Source of the DNA: Candidatus Peregrinibacteria bacterium HGW-Peregrinibacteria-1
Lineage (GTDB): Bacteria > Patescibacteriota > Gracilibacteria > UBA1369 > LOWO2-01-FULL-3
Reading direction: 5' to 3'
Length of the DNA stretch: 64,000 bases
NCBI GenBank assembly: GCA_002839505.1
Contig: PGYE01000001.1
Span: 371,332 to 435,331 of the forward strand
In this document: piece by piece, positions 19,556 to 32,900 of the stretch
How the letters are laid out: each line of letters opens with the position of its first letter
How positions within the stretch are numbered: the stretch's first letter is position 1
Notes under the pieces: model-generated
What the model was told of the DNA's origin: nothing
The model's input: only the letters and a program-made list of their open reading frames with translations
Database searches by the model: none
Made by a program: the position numbers and the translations under genes

Positions 19556-19672
19556 AACATTAAAAATTTCATTCCTGTAAAAAATAAAACTCTCCAATTT
19601 GGATTCCAATCGCGTTGCCCACGGATTGAAATCACCACCCCGCTGCCCTGCGGGGACAAGCCCTAGAAAAGC

Positions 19673-19700
19673 TAAAAAGCCATCACCCAATGGCTTTTTA
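19673..19700. terminator. Bidirectional intrinsic terminator between convergent genes
   Basis: TAAAAAGCCAT-caccca-ATGGCTTTTTA inverted repeat with A/T tails. Confidence 0.7.
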
Positions 19701-19725
19701 TTTTATCTATGAAAAAACCACCTCA

Positions 19726-20859
19726 CTACTGGCGAATTACGCACTGTTTATTATTGATAGACTGACTACAATTAACCATTCTACCGATAGAAGTCACGCC
19801 GTTATTAATGGCTGTGTTTAAGTCTTTAAGCGTGCCAGTAAAGATTTTCACCGCCTCATCCCCAGTATTCTTGTAATGCCCCTCAAACTGCCCCCTTAAT
19901 TGCAACTCTTTGGCTTCAATATCAATAAGACTTTTTTCTCGCACCAGCTGTCCTATGACATCTGTTTGCTGAATTATTGTAGTCTCCGGTCTGTAATTTG
20001 CCAAAAAATCCCAAATTTCATGAACGCCTCGTTCCGGAGTGAGATTGTTAATCTTCATATCGATCACACCGCCGAAAAAATCAAGAAAGGTATTCTTCGG
20101 GAAGTCCTCCAGCGCACCCTTAAGCTTTTCTGCTCTTCCGACAACTCCTCTCTCAAAATCCTCAGCTGCACTCTTTATTCCACCGATGTTATCAAGAAAT
20201 TGTTCCCACCTATCCTCTACGGCCTCAAAAGAAGAACTCTCACAGATGAAATAAGAAAATTTACGAGTTTTATACTTGCTTTCAATTTCTCTAAAGAAAG
20301 CTGAAAACTCCACTTCATCCATTACATCGTCATCAAAAAAACGCTCATAGATTTCTTTGTACATTGCGTCACTGGATTCAAAATAAGCAGTTTCATTGTC
20401 TTCCATATCGGTAAGACTCCGCTGAAAAGAGGTGTCTCCAACAGATTTAGTTATATGTCTGACATAATAGATCTCCATGCCATATTTGAGATGAGCCTTT
20501 TTCAGTGAAGGAATCTGGTCCAAATTACAGGTCAAAAACGCCTCCCTAATCCTCGAACGAACCTTATCTCGTTGCTGTCTCAAACTGGTAATATCCCCCG
20601 ACTGACAATTATTCCGAGCCACCAGGTCAATTATCGGCTGCATTGTTCCCTCATCAAAACCATCCGCAATAATTATTGAGTTCAAAAATATCCCCAGCTC
20701 TAGATCTCCTTTCGCCAGACAGGCACCCACACTCATCTCCTCGCTATTAATATATTGATTCAACAGCTCATCCTCAATATCCGGACTTACTGCAAAAGAG
20801 GGGACTACAAAACCGATAATTCCCATCAAGACACTAAGTTTTTTTATCAATTTCAACAT
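19726..20859 (-). CDS. Secreted Cys-containing helical hypothetical protein
   Basis: 377 aa; signal peptide MLKLIKKLSVLMGIIGFVVPSFA; ends MVNCSQSINNKQCVIRQ. Confidence 0.8.
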   Translation of the reverse strand: MLKLIKKLSVLMGIIGFVVPSFAVSPDIEDELLNQYINSEEMSVGACLAKGDLELGIFLNSIIIADGFDEGTMQPIIDLVARNNCQSGDITSLRQQRDKVRSRIREAFLTCNLDQIPSLKKAHLKYGMEIYYVRHITKSVGDTSFQRSLTDMEDNETAYFESSDAMYKEIYERFFDDDVMDEVEFSAFFREIESKYKTRKFSYFICESSSFEAVEDRWEQFLDNIGGIKSAAEDFERGVVGRAEKLKGALEDFPKNTFLDFFGGVIDMKINNLTPERGVHEIWDFLANYRPETTIIQQTDVIGQLVREKSLIDIEAKELQLRGQFEGHYKNTGDEAVKIFTGTLKDLNTAINNGVTSIGRMVNCSQSINNKQCVIRQ

Positions 20860-20863
20860 CCTA

Positions 20864-22582
20864 TTAATTTATATAATCTTTATTTTGCACAGCGGAACAA
20901 ATATCTCCAATCTCATTAAAAACCGCATTATAACCTTCAAAATAAGCCGTCATTTGACGCAACTGATCCGCAAGAGTCTTCGCATAAACATTAAGATTTA
21001 AAGCATCATCTGCCACTGCAATGGTATCTAATTCTTTTTGCGCACTTGCCTTGATGATATCAGATTCTCGTTTTGCTGAAGCCCATAAATCCGACTGTTG
21101 ATTATTATTAACCGCATCAAAAGTCGTACTGGAAACGGCAATTTGTTTATCAAGACCTAAGTCGCTCCATAAAACTGGTTTGTATGTATCTGTAAAAAGC
21201 TTAAACTCTTCAAAAATATTGCGATCAAAAATCAAATCGTCATTAAATTGAGTTGGTACTGGCGTCGCTACAGTAATGAAATTCATATCTACTACCGGAG
21301 TTGAGAATGCTGTCTTACATTTTGCACTTTCCCCCCAGTTACCGGTTACTTTATTTGGTATCAATGAATGACTCAATACTTGATCCATAGCAGCATTTAT
21401 CTCCTTGATATTACAAAGAACACAGCCTCGATCCACATCAGCAAATAGGCTCATGGTATCTTTAACTGTCGTTGTACTAAGACACAATGCCACATGGGCC
21501 GAGAATAAATCTCCACTGTCCGCAGCTCCCACAAATGCCGATTGATCCAAGCTGGAATTTGCTACACTGCCCAAGCTACTGAATCCACTTTCTCCAAATG
21601 TACTGTAATTTCCCGTATTACTCAAAATGCCAGGGCACCATTCTTTGCTCCAATCATCAGCCTTCGCCGGGACAAGTTCGCCTTCAGTATCAAAAACATC
21701 CGGTATCCCTAAATCCATACCACCAAATGATCCACTACCAGTATAGATCCCAAAATCTACATCAAAATCACCTAGATCAATTGGATCGGTTGAGAGATCG
21801 ATAGCATTATCATCAGCTGGCAATTCACAAAAATCTATTTCAAGAAGCTCGACATCAACAGTCGTATCCCCGATTACGCTGGTAATTACTCCGTCATTTA
21901 TCGAACTATTAACACCAAGTCCCATATCAGAACCATTAAAGGCATCTTCAAATCCGAATCGATCATCATCCTCCTGCTCGGAACTTCCCTCAGGCAAAGT
22001 GAAACTTGAATTATAAACCGTCCGCTCACTAACCTCTTCGAAAAGCACCTCCTCAATACGCTCCAGGTCCCAAATAAGATCAAAACCGCTATCCTGCAAA
22101 TCACCATTTGCAAACAACTCTCCCGGCATAATACTCAACTCAATATCAGATCGAACCTCATATAAATCATACAAGAAATCATACTGTTCCTTAAAATCCG
22201 CTAAAGCAGCTAACGCATCAGCCTGAGTGAAATTAGTCCTATCACCATTTTTAGCAAACAAAGGAATTAAACTACCTTCCCTCAAAGCCACGACCTCACT
22301 TGTTGTAAAACCAAAACTTTTCGCCATATCGCTCACGGCTCTTTGCTCCGGGACATCTTGCTTTTTACTTTTTACTAATAAATACAAATCTTGCCCCTGA
22401 GCACCTCCACCAAAAACATCAGCCCAATTCAAGCCCTTACCGCTCTGAAAAACTGGAGTGTTCCCATAGGCAGTATTAACAAAATGAAAAATACCGAGAC
22501 AAATCAATCCTCCAAGAATACCAACAACAACTTGTCTTAGAACTCCACCTTCAACTTTATTTTGCTGCTTTTTTAACGACAT
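20864..22582 (-). CDS. Secreted or membrane-anchored acidic hypothetical protein
   Basis: 572 aa; N-terminal hydrophobic segment; CVLC and other Cys; start overlaps the upstream gene's stop. Confidence 0.8.
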   Translation of the reverse strand: MSLKKQQNKVEGGVLRQVVVGILGGLICLGIFHFVNTAYGNTPVFQSGKGLNWADVFGGGAQGQDLYLLVKSKKQDVPEQRAVSDMAKSFGFTTSEVVALREGSLIPLFAKNGDRTNFTQADALAALADFKEQYDFLYDLYEVRSDIELSIMPGELFANGDLQDSGFDLIWDLERIEEVLFEEVSERTVYNSSFTLPEGSSEQEDDDRFGFEDAFNGSDMGLGVNSSINDGVITSVIGDTTVDVELLEIDFCELPADDNAIDLSTDPIDLGDFDVDFGIYTGSGSFGGMDLGIPDVFDTEGELVPAKADDWSKEWCPGILSNTGNYSTFGESGFSSLGSVANSSLDQSAFVGAADSGDLFSAHVALCLSTTTVKDTMSLFADVDRGCVLCNIKEINAAMDQVLSHSLIPNKVTGNWGESAKCKTAFSTPVVDMNFITVATPVPTQFNDDLIFDRNIFEEFKLFTDTYKPVLWSDLGLDKQIAVSSTTFDAVNNNQQSDLWASAKRESDIIKASAQKELDTIAVADDALNLNVYAKTLADQLRQMTAYFEGYNAVFNEIGDICSAVQNKDYIN

Positions 22583-23241
22583 TCGAGTGTTGTTGTGTTA
22601 ATAAATTTTCCCGGGAAACGATTTACCTCAAACTGCAAATCTCTCAGTTTACGACGATAAGCAATAAGATTTTCCAAAACTTCTTGATACTGAATATGCA
22701 TTGGATAAGCCATTCGGAACTCATTGTAGGCCGCCATTGTTGCCTCCATTATCTCTTCCGCCTCAATAATTTCCTGAGCTATTTCGTTATTTCGGCTTGT
22801 AGTGTCACCCATTAGTGACTGCACTGATAAATCTTGAATTACAATCTCAGGATCAATATCAAGAGTCTCTTGTACTTGCGTCAGTGTCCTCACATAAGTC
22901 ATATACACATCCAGTGCGCCCATCGACACACAGTAACTACTAACATTATCAGCCGTACACATACTTGCATCCGTTATGCCATTATTATTAACTGGGGTCG
23001 AAAATTCGGCCCTGTCATAAAACATCTCATCGTTTTCTACCATCTCCACCAACTTTTCCAATTTTTCATTGAAATACTTATTCATCTCATCATGATAATT
23101 GGCTCTCAAAGTATTAAAGCCGGCGTATGGATCATTTATTTTTCCAAAATCCACCGCAAAAGCTGAAAGCGATACAAAAATAATCATTCCCGTCACTATT
23201 GAAATCCACCATGTCCCAATTGAATCTTTTAAAAAACGCAT
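22573..23241 (-). CDS. Secreted helical hypothetical protein
   Basis: ATG 23241 (MRFLKDS...IIFVSLSAFA); ends VNRFPGKFINTTTLECR. Confidence 0.78.
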   Translation of the reverse strand: MRFLKDSIGTWWISIVTGMIIFVSLSAFAVDFGKINDPYAGFNTLRANYHDEMNKYFNEKLEKLVEMVENDEMFYDRAEFSTPVNNNGITDASMCTADNVSSYCVSMGALDVYMTYVRTLTQVQETLDIDPEIVIQDLSVQSLMGDTTSRNNEIAQEIIEAEEIMEATMAAYNEFRMAYPMHIQYQEVLENLIAYRRKLRDLQFEVNRFPGKFINTTTLECR

Positions 23242-23243
23242 AT

Positions 23244-23864
23244 TTATTTTGTGAAACAACTTTTAATAAACCCCGGCAAACGATTCTTGAAACTCAAAAA
23301 ATAACCTTTCATCTGTGCTATTTCCAAATTCATCTCTCCCATTCTGCTATTTAACGCCTCATACTTCTCAACTAACGCCGAAGTCTTTTTCTGTGAACTA
23401 TTCGCTTTTATATACGACACCATCTGTGCCTTTACCATATCCTGGTATGCTTTACTTAGACCAACACACTGCTGCAAACTGCTAAATTCCTCGTAAGACT
23501 GTAAAGCTTCTCCATTGAAACTCGGCTGAACTTCCATTAACAACACTACCTCATCAAGATACTGCTTGTACTGAACAAACCTCTTTAGCGCAATATCAAC
23601 CAAGATACTATTAGCATTTTTACTTTGGAAATTTTCCTCCAAAAAACTCAAAAACTTCACCGTTGCAATGTCATATAAGGGCACTAAATCATTGATGCAA
23701 TTAGTTAACTTCGAATTACCCAGCTGGTTAGTAAGAGTTGCTTCAATCTCGCTGAATTGACTCTGAGCTCGTTCATAGCTATTTGCAAACGACGACATTG
23801 TATTCATCGTCAATACAACAAAGACCAAACTCCAGGACAATAATTTTAATTTACACGCTTTCAT
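23244..23864 (-). CDS. Secreted helical hypothetical protein
   Basis: 206 aa; signal peptide; ends IAQMKGYFLSFKNRLPGFIKSCFTK. Confidence 0.78.
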   Translation of the reverse strand: MKACKLKLLSWSLVFVVLTMNTMSSFANSYERAQSQFSEIEATLTNQLGNSKLTNCINDLVPLYDIATVKFLSFLEENFQSKNANSILVDIALKRFVQYKQYLDEVVLLMEVQPSFNGEALQSYEEFSSLQQCVGLSKAYQDMVKAQMVSYIKANSSQKKTSALVEKYEALNSRMGEMNLEIAQMKGYFLSFKNRLPGFIKSCFTK

Positions 23865-23885
23865 AAGGGTCAGTTAAATCCCCTA

Positions 23886-23914
23886 ATTATACCTTAAAAG
23901 CTGCCTAAAATCAA
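23886..23914 (-). promoter_or_regulatory. sigma70-type promoter for the four-gene secreted-protein cluster
   Basis: Minus strand TTGATT-N17-TATAAT. Confidence 0.55.
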
Positions 23915-23943
23915 TTTATTAGCCACGCTTAACACATCAATGA

Positions 23944-26900
23944 CTAGCGGCCAACACCGCTTTTTCTCAGGATTACACCGCTCTTGCTAAGAATCAAACC
24001 ATAGACATTGTCACCTTGCCGGATATCCGCACTATAACTCCAAGTATTATTACATGGACATGTCAGACACTCCGCCGGAACAATGAACAGACCGATCTCA
24101 CCAGGATTTGCCGGCATAAGCGGTACATCCCTACCAGGTTCTACATCCGGCACAAGCGGATTTCCGCCATTTAGACATTCATCTAGATTACTGATACCAT
24201 CACCATCTTCATCTCCAAGCGGATCACTAATTCCATACTTCAACTTACAATAATTACTCATTCCATCCCCATCGTTAATATCGTGGCAGTTATAGATATC
24301 CAATACCCTCGTAGCCATAATCAACATACCACCGCGTGAAATTAACTCGTTTGGCCTTTGTCTCTCATTTGAAGTCAGCAAGAAATTACCCTTAGCCGTG
24401 ACATTACTATAATCAGTTAAATCAACCGAAACCTCCATATAACCAAGATACCATGCCTCCACTTGAGCATTAACCGAGCGCATACCATCCAAAGAAATAA
24501 TTCCCTGCATCTCCAACGCCTCCAAAATAACCTTCGTCGCCTCAGCCCTACTAATTGTATCATTCGGTTTGAAAGGATTCAGGCCGCTCAAAGTATCAAT
24601 TTCACCCGCATAACCATTTACCAATCCGCGCTTTGTCGCCTCCTTAATATATGGATAATACCAACTCAAATCATTGCTGAATGCGATATCGCTATATCCT
24701 TCCCCTGAAGCATAAGGTAAATAAGCATCTTCTCCAGGAATAATACACAGCATCTCCAACAATATTTTCACAAACTCCGCCCTCGAGACATCCCTATTAG
24801 CATTAACAAAGAATTTATCTCCTACCTGCTCTCCCTCAAAAATACCCTTCCTGCTCAAATCTATGACAATACTCTTCAAACTCTCATCCAAATCCTCAAA
24901 ATCATCATACTTTTCTTGATAATTAAAAGCCTGCTCTACAAGACTCTGAGTTGGTCGTTGTGGCGTTTTGTAAGGCACATCATCTCCTCCCACAAAACTG
25001 AAAACGCCACCCGTATCAATATAAATATCCGCAATCAACTCATCCCCACGCATCATCTCGAGCACCAACGGATCATCTGTGAAATTATTATTTTTCACCT
25101 TCAAGCTCAATTCATTATTCACCAATAGCACATTGCCACCAGTATCAATATAAGACCATTTACCACCATCAGGCCCATTTAAGACCGCCCCTCCAGGATA
25201 ACTAGCATTATCCGCGGGAATTTTCGTGAATACAAATCCATCCCCAACCTTTCTATCACTCACATTAACCCCCCTGAAACTGCTCAAATCACCCACAAAT
25301 GCCACATTACTCCACAAGCTAACATCAGTATTCGCATCGGACACCAAATACATTGTTCCCAAAAGGGTATTATTTTCATAAATTTCAATATTCAATGGGC
25401 CATCGGGTAGAGTCGCCGCATTAACAACCAACTCAATATCATTGCTCAAAGTATCAATCGCTCCGGTTCTTGGATTAACCCTCACAACCACTTCTCCCAA
25501 AATGTTTGTTACAGATATTAAATCACTCGTATCCAAATCCGTAACAGCAAAATTACCATTAGAATCTGTCCGATATCTTTCATCATTCCCAATAGAATCC
25601 GTAGTAACAAAATTACTTTCCACAATCGCCTTCAGTTCACCCCCCACTGACCGGTAAACTAAGCGATCACGAGCAAATGCCAGCGGGAAATCACCCAATG
25701 CAGGGACCAATCTTCCGGTGATGGCCGGATCACTATAATCAATACGATTCATCTCAATCTCTGGGACAAAGACTTGAACCGTAATCTCCTGTTTCGAACT
25801 GTTCCCCGACTGATCCACGACATGGAGCGTGAAATTCTTTCTTTCTAGCTCATCGAAAGGTCCAACTTTAAATAGGGGATTTGTCCGATCATTATCAGGA
25901 ATTCCATCTCCATCCTCATCAAAATTAACATTCAAATCACTCCAGATTTCCCTACCATCCTCATCAACCAAATAATAGCTCACCACCTCACCAGATGGAT
26001 CCACCGCACCACTGGCATCAATCTCTCCCTCAGTAAATATCGGCAGCAATATGTTACTACTTTTCAGTGCCGGCAAAGGGGCATCTTTATCTGCACATTC
26101 ACTCGGTGAAATCAAAATACTGGTCGTCGCATTACCCTGAACGCCATTAGTTATTGGCATCACTCTCGCATAATAACTTCCATTATCAATATTCAAAGAA
26201 ACACTTGGCCTCTCAGAATTTGCCAACACCTTAACTCGCTCGGCATCAAAACCATCCGGCACATCCTCCACGCTGGCCACAACCACATAAAGATCTTCCA
26301 AATTATAATCTCCACTCAATGAATCTTTGATCCACAACTCATAGTAATCAACACCTTTGACCGCATCCCAACTCAGATCCACGCGTTCATGATTTTCATA
26401 AACCACCGCAAAATTATTGATCGAAGGTTCCCCCTTAGAAAAATCCGACACATTACCAGCAACCGCAACACTTCCTCTCTTCATATCCGGACTGTTTTTG
26501 TGGCTCTTCTTCAGATAAATATCTCCCCCCATAATCATTAACATATCCTCATCATCGTCATTATCCACATCTATAAACAGCGTCTTCAATCCACCATCCA
26601 CCTCATCACCATAATTCAAGACACTCTCATTACTATTTCCAAAAGCAATATATAGACCCTTATTCCCACTTGAACTGTTAGAAACAGTATTATCAGTGGA
26701 AGCTTCGCCACCCGTACTTGTCGTTGCTGCTATCCAATTTTCACGCAATTTATCTCCTGCATCTTCAAGCTCAGAGCCCACATCATCACCCAAAAGTTTA
26801 CCCCCAACCTCACTTATTTCCATTGACCTTTCGCCAACATCATTCAATCCGACATTGGCCACAAGCGATTTTTCATCAGAATTATTGTCCACCAGAATTC

Positions 26901-29900
26901 GCCCAAAATCTTGAATCGAAGCACCATTCAACATCAAATTCTCAGAATTCAAGTTTTTAGTATAGGCTATTAAGTTATCCCTAAGTTCCGCCATTTCTTT
27001 CAGCTCACCCTCATAATTAGTGTTCTCACTTGCAATCCGATACTCTATTTCTTCCAAAGACCTCTGCAATATAGGATCATCGCTTGATAAATATCTTGAT
27101 GTTCCCATCAGGTGATAACTTTCCGGAGTCGTAATCTCCACCGAATTTTCAACCACCAAATTACTAATGACATTGGAAATCAACACTGAATCCCTATAAA
27201 CATTTTCCAACACCGTACCGGCAAGCATCTTTTCGACATCCGCTGCGGATGTTATCGGATTCAATGCAGACAGCGCCTCTTCATTTTCAGGCAGAACCTC
27301 TGCTCCACCATCATCCGCCCCCCAAGATCTAAACAGATCGATCAAATCAACATCAGTTTCCTGATTAATCTCATTCACCAAATCATATACAGTCTTATTC
27401 CACTCCTCTATACCCGCCCGCGCCGCCTCAAAAATAGCTGAAGTACTGATACCCAGATCCAGTTTTGCCTCAACTCTTATTTGTTTAACATAATCATATT
27501 CAATACCGGGCATCTCCACAGCAAGCCCCTTCAGTATCGAAGTCGCCGCCTTTATGTTCGGTTGTGTCAAAGTTTCAATCTCAGTCCCCAATGCTATCTC
27601 TGGCACCGGAATCATCCCTGTCTTCAAAAGACATAAGATTTTAAATATTGGTCCCAATGTTCCTGCAATATCACCCACAAACTCGGGCAGCTGTGGAATT
27701 TTTGGAGGTCTCGGTAAATCCGGCAACTCCGGAATCGGCAATGGCGGTAAATCTGGCAGCTTTGGCATCGTGAATTCTGGAAAATCCGTGATCCAATCCG
27801 GGACCTCAAACCCTTCTAGCTCCAAACTAATTCTCGTATCAAGCTCAGGTAATGAAAGTTGATGTTGTAAAATCAAGCTCGGTAAATCCGGAGACAGATT
27901 GATATCCGGTAAAGACGGCAACACAATTGGTTCCGGTAAAAATACAATATCCGGCCATAATATCTCGGTACCCATCTTCACCTGCGAAATATCAAACACA
28001 ATATCCGGCCACTTAGGGAATTGAATAATTGGAGGTGTCGGAATAACCGCGAAAAATTCCATTAAGATGCCCAGTTTACTAAACCGATCATTTTTACACT
28101 CATCACAAGACTCTTGATAATCTACCATTAGATTCAAAAGCACGCTCCAATCTGAAATAGTCTTGGTTACTTCAGTTGCAGCATCCAGCCAAGCTTCCAC
28201 AGTCTTCTGCTGGCGGTTAATATAGCCACCAGTCACCTCGGTAATCGTATCCAAATAAGAAATCAGTGCAGTTGCGTATTTTGTCTGAGCATGACGCAAA
28301 TCCAAGATTTCATTTGGAAGTCTTGCCAAACTATCCAGCTTATCCATCAATAAATTCATCGATGCGATAAAGTCATTTATTTTCAATGTAAACCGATCAC
28401 AAAGAACCTTCCGATGATCATTCTCATCACACAACCAGAACTCCGGCAATTTAGCCAATTGAGCTTCTTGAGACTTAATCCACAACTCCACCTGTCTCTT
28501 ATACTTCTCCACCTCCGCATAAGAAATAGCAGGAATCTTCACCACAATCTCCTTACTTTTCAGATTAATCAGCGGCAAGCCGTTCAATGCCCGTAAAATA
28601 TCATTCATACTTTGAAACATCGATACATCGCCAATATTATCGCCAACGCGACTGAGATCTTTGGTGAAATCATCAATAACCCCGCCAAAATCAGGATAAA
28701 TAAAATAGAAATCTGGCAGATCTAAAAGCTTATTGAATATTTCTTCAGTTTGCGCGTCATACCAATCCACCAAGAATGATGGGAATCCTGGCACTTTCAC
28801 ATTCACACTTCCACCTCCACTAACCGGCACCGCCGGATCACTAAATGTTCCGCCACCATTAATAACGGTATTATCGACACTACCACTACCCCCATTTCCA
28901 TCGGACACAATCGTGGTCAAACCACTGTCAGGATCGGCATTTACATTTGTCGCATTGGCAATCTCACCACTAATATCCTCCAAAAAGTTAGGACACTCTC
29001 CAAAAACCGACGGCGGAATTGCAAATGCATAGCACACCCCTCCCACCGGAGTCGGAGCACCAGTACAAATAGCCGTACCAAGTCCCATACTCAAAGTCGG
29101 ACTAACATAAAACCGCACCGATGAAACCTGATTTGAAGGGTAGAAGAAAGAAAATCCTAAGAGAGTAGGTGTACCCAAAGCAAACACCGCCACCCCCGGT
29201 GTCTCACCATCCGGAACAAAAAAGGCTTTGTTAAAAGGTAATGGCGAACATCCGCCACCCGAACATCTAAAGCTGGCCGCCATACCCTCAACATCATTGG
29301 CCAGTCCAGCCGCAAAACTTTCCGAATTTCCGACTGGACCATTGCTCCAACTATCAGGGCACCCATCATTATCCAAATCCTCAAACATATTGTCATAAAG
29401 GCCACCCGTCACGGCTTGCAAATCACTAATTACATCCGGTGAAAGGCCACTATCTCCATTTAAATCATTCTCATAACTATCCTGAATAGATTGATATTCA
29501 TCCAATTCACTATCTGCGAGTAACACACTTTCCTTAGCAACTTCTTGCAATTGATAGAGCACTTCACCGCGTTCATTAAGCCCCGCATCCGACATCAGAT
29601 AATACAAAGCTCCCGTCGGATTAAGGCTTGGCCTAACCCTTATATCCAGATAAAAATCATTTGCTCCCACTCTGCTACCATTATTTTTCACAAAATCTCT
29701 TCCCAAATCAAAACTAACCGCCGGAATACTTCTCACCACCATATCAAAGCTAATCGTTCTTTTTCCACCTGACGGGACACTAATATTAGTAATCACCGCG
29801 CTCCTCAACCCGAGGCCAGTAGCTTCAAAAGTAAGATCATCATTACATCCAACATCCAAGCACTTCAGACTATCAGGTTTGATCTCCATACTTGCCGGAA

Positions 29901-32900
29901 TCAAGTCCGACAACACCATATTATTTATCGCCGGCCCACTATTCGCCAAAGTTATTAAATAACGAATCGTATCACCAACCGCCACACTTCCACCATTAAC
30001 ATCATTTACCGACTTCTTGGAATTTAACCCCAAACGGCCATCAGCAGGCAAATTAACGAAAGATTCATTATTACGGATTCCCTGATTATTTAGAATCCCA
30101 ATCTCCAGACTCGTCGCACCTTCAGGCACACTAACTCCCGGATAAAACACAAACAAACTACTCTTCGCCTCCACCTGATTATCGATTTGATAACCGAAAT
30201 TAAAACTACCGCCATGATTTTCACTCAACCCCAGACAACGGTTACCGGATTTTTGATTATAGAAAATTCGTACATTCGCCGCCTCATCAGCCACCACCAG
30301 ATCCTGACATTGATCATTATTCAAATCAGCCACCTTAAGCTCCGTCACCTTACCGCTAACCGCTGGCTCAAAATTCGATCTTACAAAGACACCATTACTA
30401 TTTTCAAACAAAGATAAACACTTATCACCAACAGTACATTCCTCCTCCGTACTCACCAAAAGATCATCAAAACCATTACCATTAAAATCTCCCGTCACAG
30501 CGCTTCTTATTCCTCCCACAGCTCTCAATATATTTCCCCGATCTTTAAATCCTCGATTACCACCTTTATTTTCCAAAAGCCCAATATTACCATTTTCATA
30601 AATCACCAAAGCATCCATCAAATCATCGCCGTTATAATTGAACTCCAAAAGCTCCAACGGCTTACTATTACCAGTCGCAACCAACTTACCTACATCTCTA
30701 CCAATTCCCGACAAATCACCGTGCAAATCCGTATCTTCCTCAACCTTTAATCGTATATTAGGATCACCGTAAACTATTCCCACCTCCGAAGCATAAAACT
30801 GATTCGATTCACCGACGGTATTTCCTGCGGCAAAAAGCAACATATGCTTATTGTCCCCCTGGAATCCTGCTCCACTATTATTACTAGCATCATCTGGAGA
30901 ATCATACCCCAACCCCGGCATCTGATCCGCCGAAATACTTCTACTATTATCAACAATTGTCACCCCTTTCGGATTCTTAGTCGAATTCCCCGAGAAGGTA
31001 ACCTTGGTATCTAAATTCAAAGCGTCTGATCTCACAAAATAAACTCCCGCCCCGTTAATGTTAGCTAAATCATCCACCACCTTCACACCCTGATAACTCT
31101 CCACAAACTGCAACTTACCGACCAATCCACCATTATGGAAGAACCCCAAATTGAACCGACCATCATCATTTAACCAACTCACAGTCAGCTTGCTGTTACC
31201 AATTTCAATTCGTCCAAAAGCATCAACCCTAATCAACAACTCGTCACCATTTTTTAAACTCATATTATTACCCTCCACTATCCAATCCAAAGCCGAATCA
31301 TCCGTCAGCATATCAAAAACCACAAAAGAAATATCTCGCTCCGCCAAAATATCATCTACTTCTTCCATCGACTCCACCAAAGCACCACCATTCAAATCAC
31401 TGACAAAAGTAAACTCCCCAATCTCACCACCACCGGCAGAAGCACTCATTAATTTAACTCGGTGATGTCCAAACGATGAATTACTGATAATTGTCTCAGC
31501 TACAAGCCCCGATTCGATTAACTCTAAATAACCATTCCCATCAAGGAACAGTAAATTTTTGGCCCCATCATTTCTCTCCATTACACTGCTAACCGCCTGC
31601 ACTTGACCACCGTCAGCAAATAGCATCTGTTGCGCCAGATTATTTTTGACTCCAAAACTTCCCCAATCAGAACCCAACAATGAAGTATAAAGCACCCGAG
31701 GTACTATACTTCCCATCTCACTCGCACTGATTTTATTAACAACATTTAAACTGTATGTTTCTTCAAATTGTCCAGACTGAGCTCTAACAACAACACTACC
31801 AGAGCGATCCAGACCTCTCACCCCCACCATTGCCTTACCATTAATCATCGTCACCCTACCATCACCTACAATTCCTAAGATTTCAGTATTATTCACACTA
31901 AATTCCACAATCCCACTACCATCACCAATAAAATTATCATTTTTATCAACCATAACGACCTCCAACATCGCCTCCCTTCCAGACTCCAAAGTCACTGGAC
32001 CACTAATATTAATAGCAGCAGGAGCTCCGGCCTTAATATCGATTCTAACCCGATCTCTCACGAAACCTGGTACATTGACCTCAATTTCCGCCATACCGCT
32101 CTTTAAACCAGCTTCAAACACTAAATTAATAGGGTTCAACTGCCCATTCACCATACGCGTTGGCACATTCCCCAAGAAACCACCCAACTCCGGATTTTTA
32201 ACCTTAAATTCAATATTTCCGACATAACTATCTACCACATTACCTTGATGAAGCATCTTCACCCCGATTTGCAGACGATCGCCACCTTCCGAATTAAGAT
32301 ATTCCTTACTAAGATCAAAACTAAGGTCCACCTTATTCACCAAATCAAAACTCTTCGCCACACCAACAGCCTGACTTAAATTAATCGTACTCCAGTTATT
32401 ATTTGCTCTCACAAGCTGCTCCTCTAACTCATAATCCAATAAAATCGCCGTCACACTACCAACACCCACCGTCAAACCACTTACAATAGTCGCCCCACCA
32501 CGCCCCTCGTTAATATTTATCTGAGTACCAATTAGAGATGGATTCAAATCATCACTATCCTTAAATCTCACCAAATCATTTGTAAACAACGACAGCTTGC
32601 CAAAATAATTGTTGGCAACATTCCCATATCTATCCTCAACCACAAATTGTAACTTAGTCTCAGAAAGACCATTAGCAACCAACAAATCAGAACTACTAAC
32701 TACCCTCACACGAGACGCCTCATTCGCAAAAACTCCAAAAGTCTTCCCCAGCTCCGCATACCCCAAATTCACCGTTCCGTTCGTATTTAATACTTTGAAT
32801 TTCAAATTTACATTACCAGCTACCGTTCCTGCACTAGCTCTAAATACAGCCCTTCCATTATTGATAGCAACAATACTTTGATCAAATATCACACCATTAT

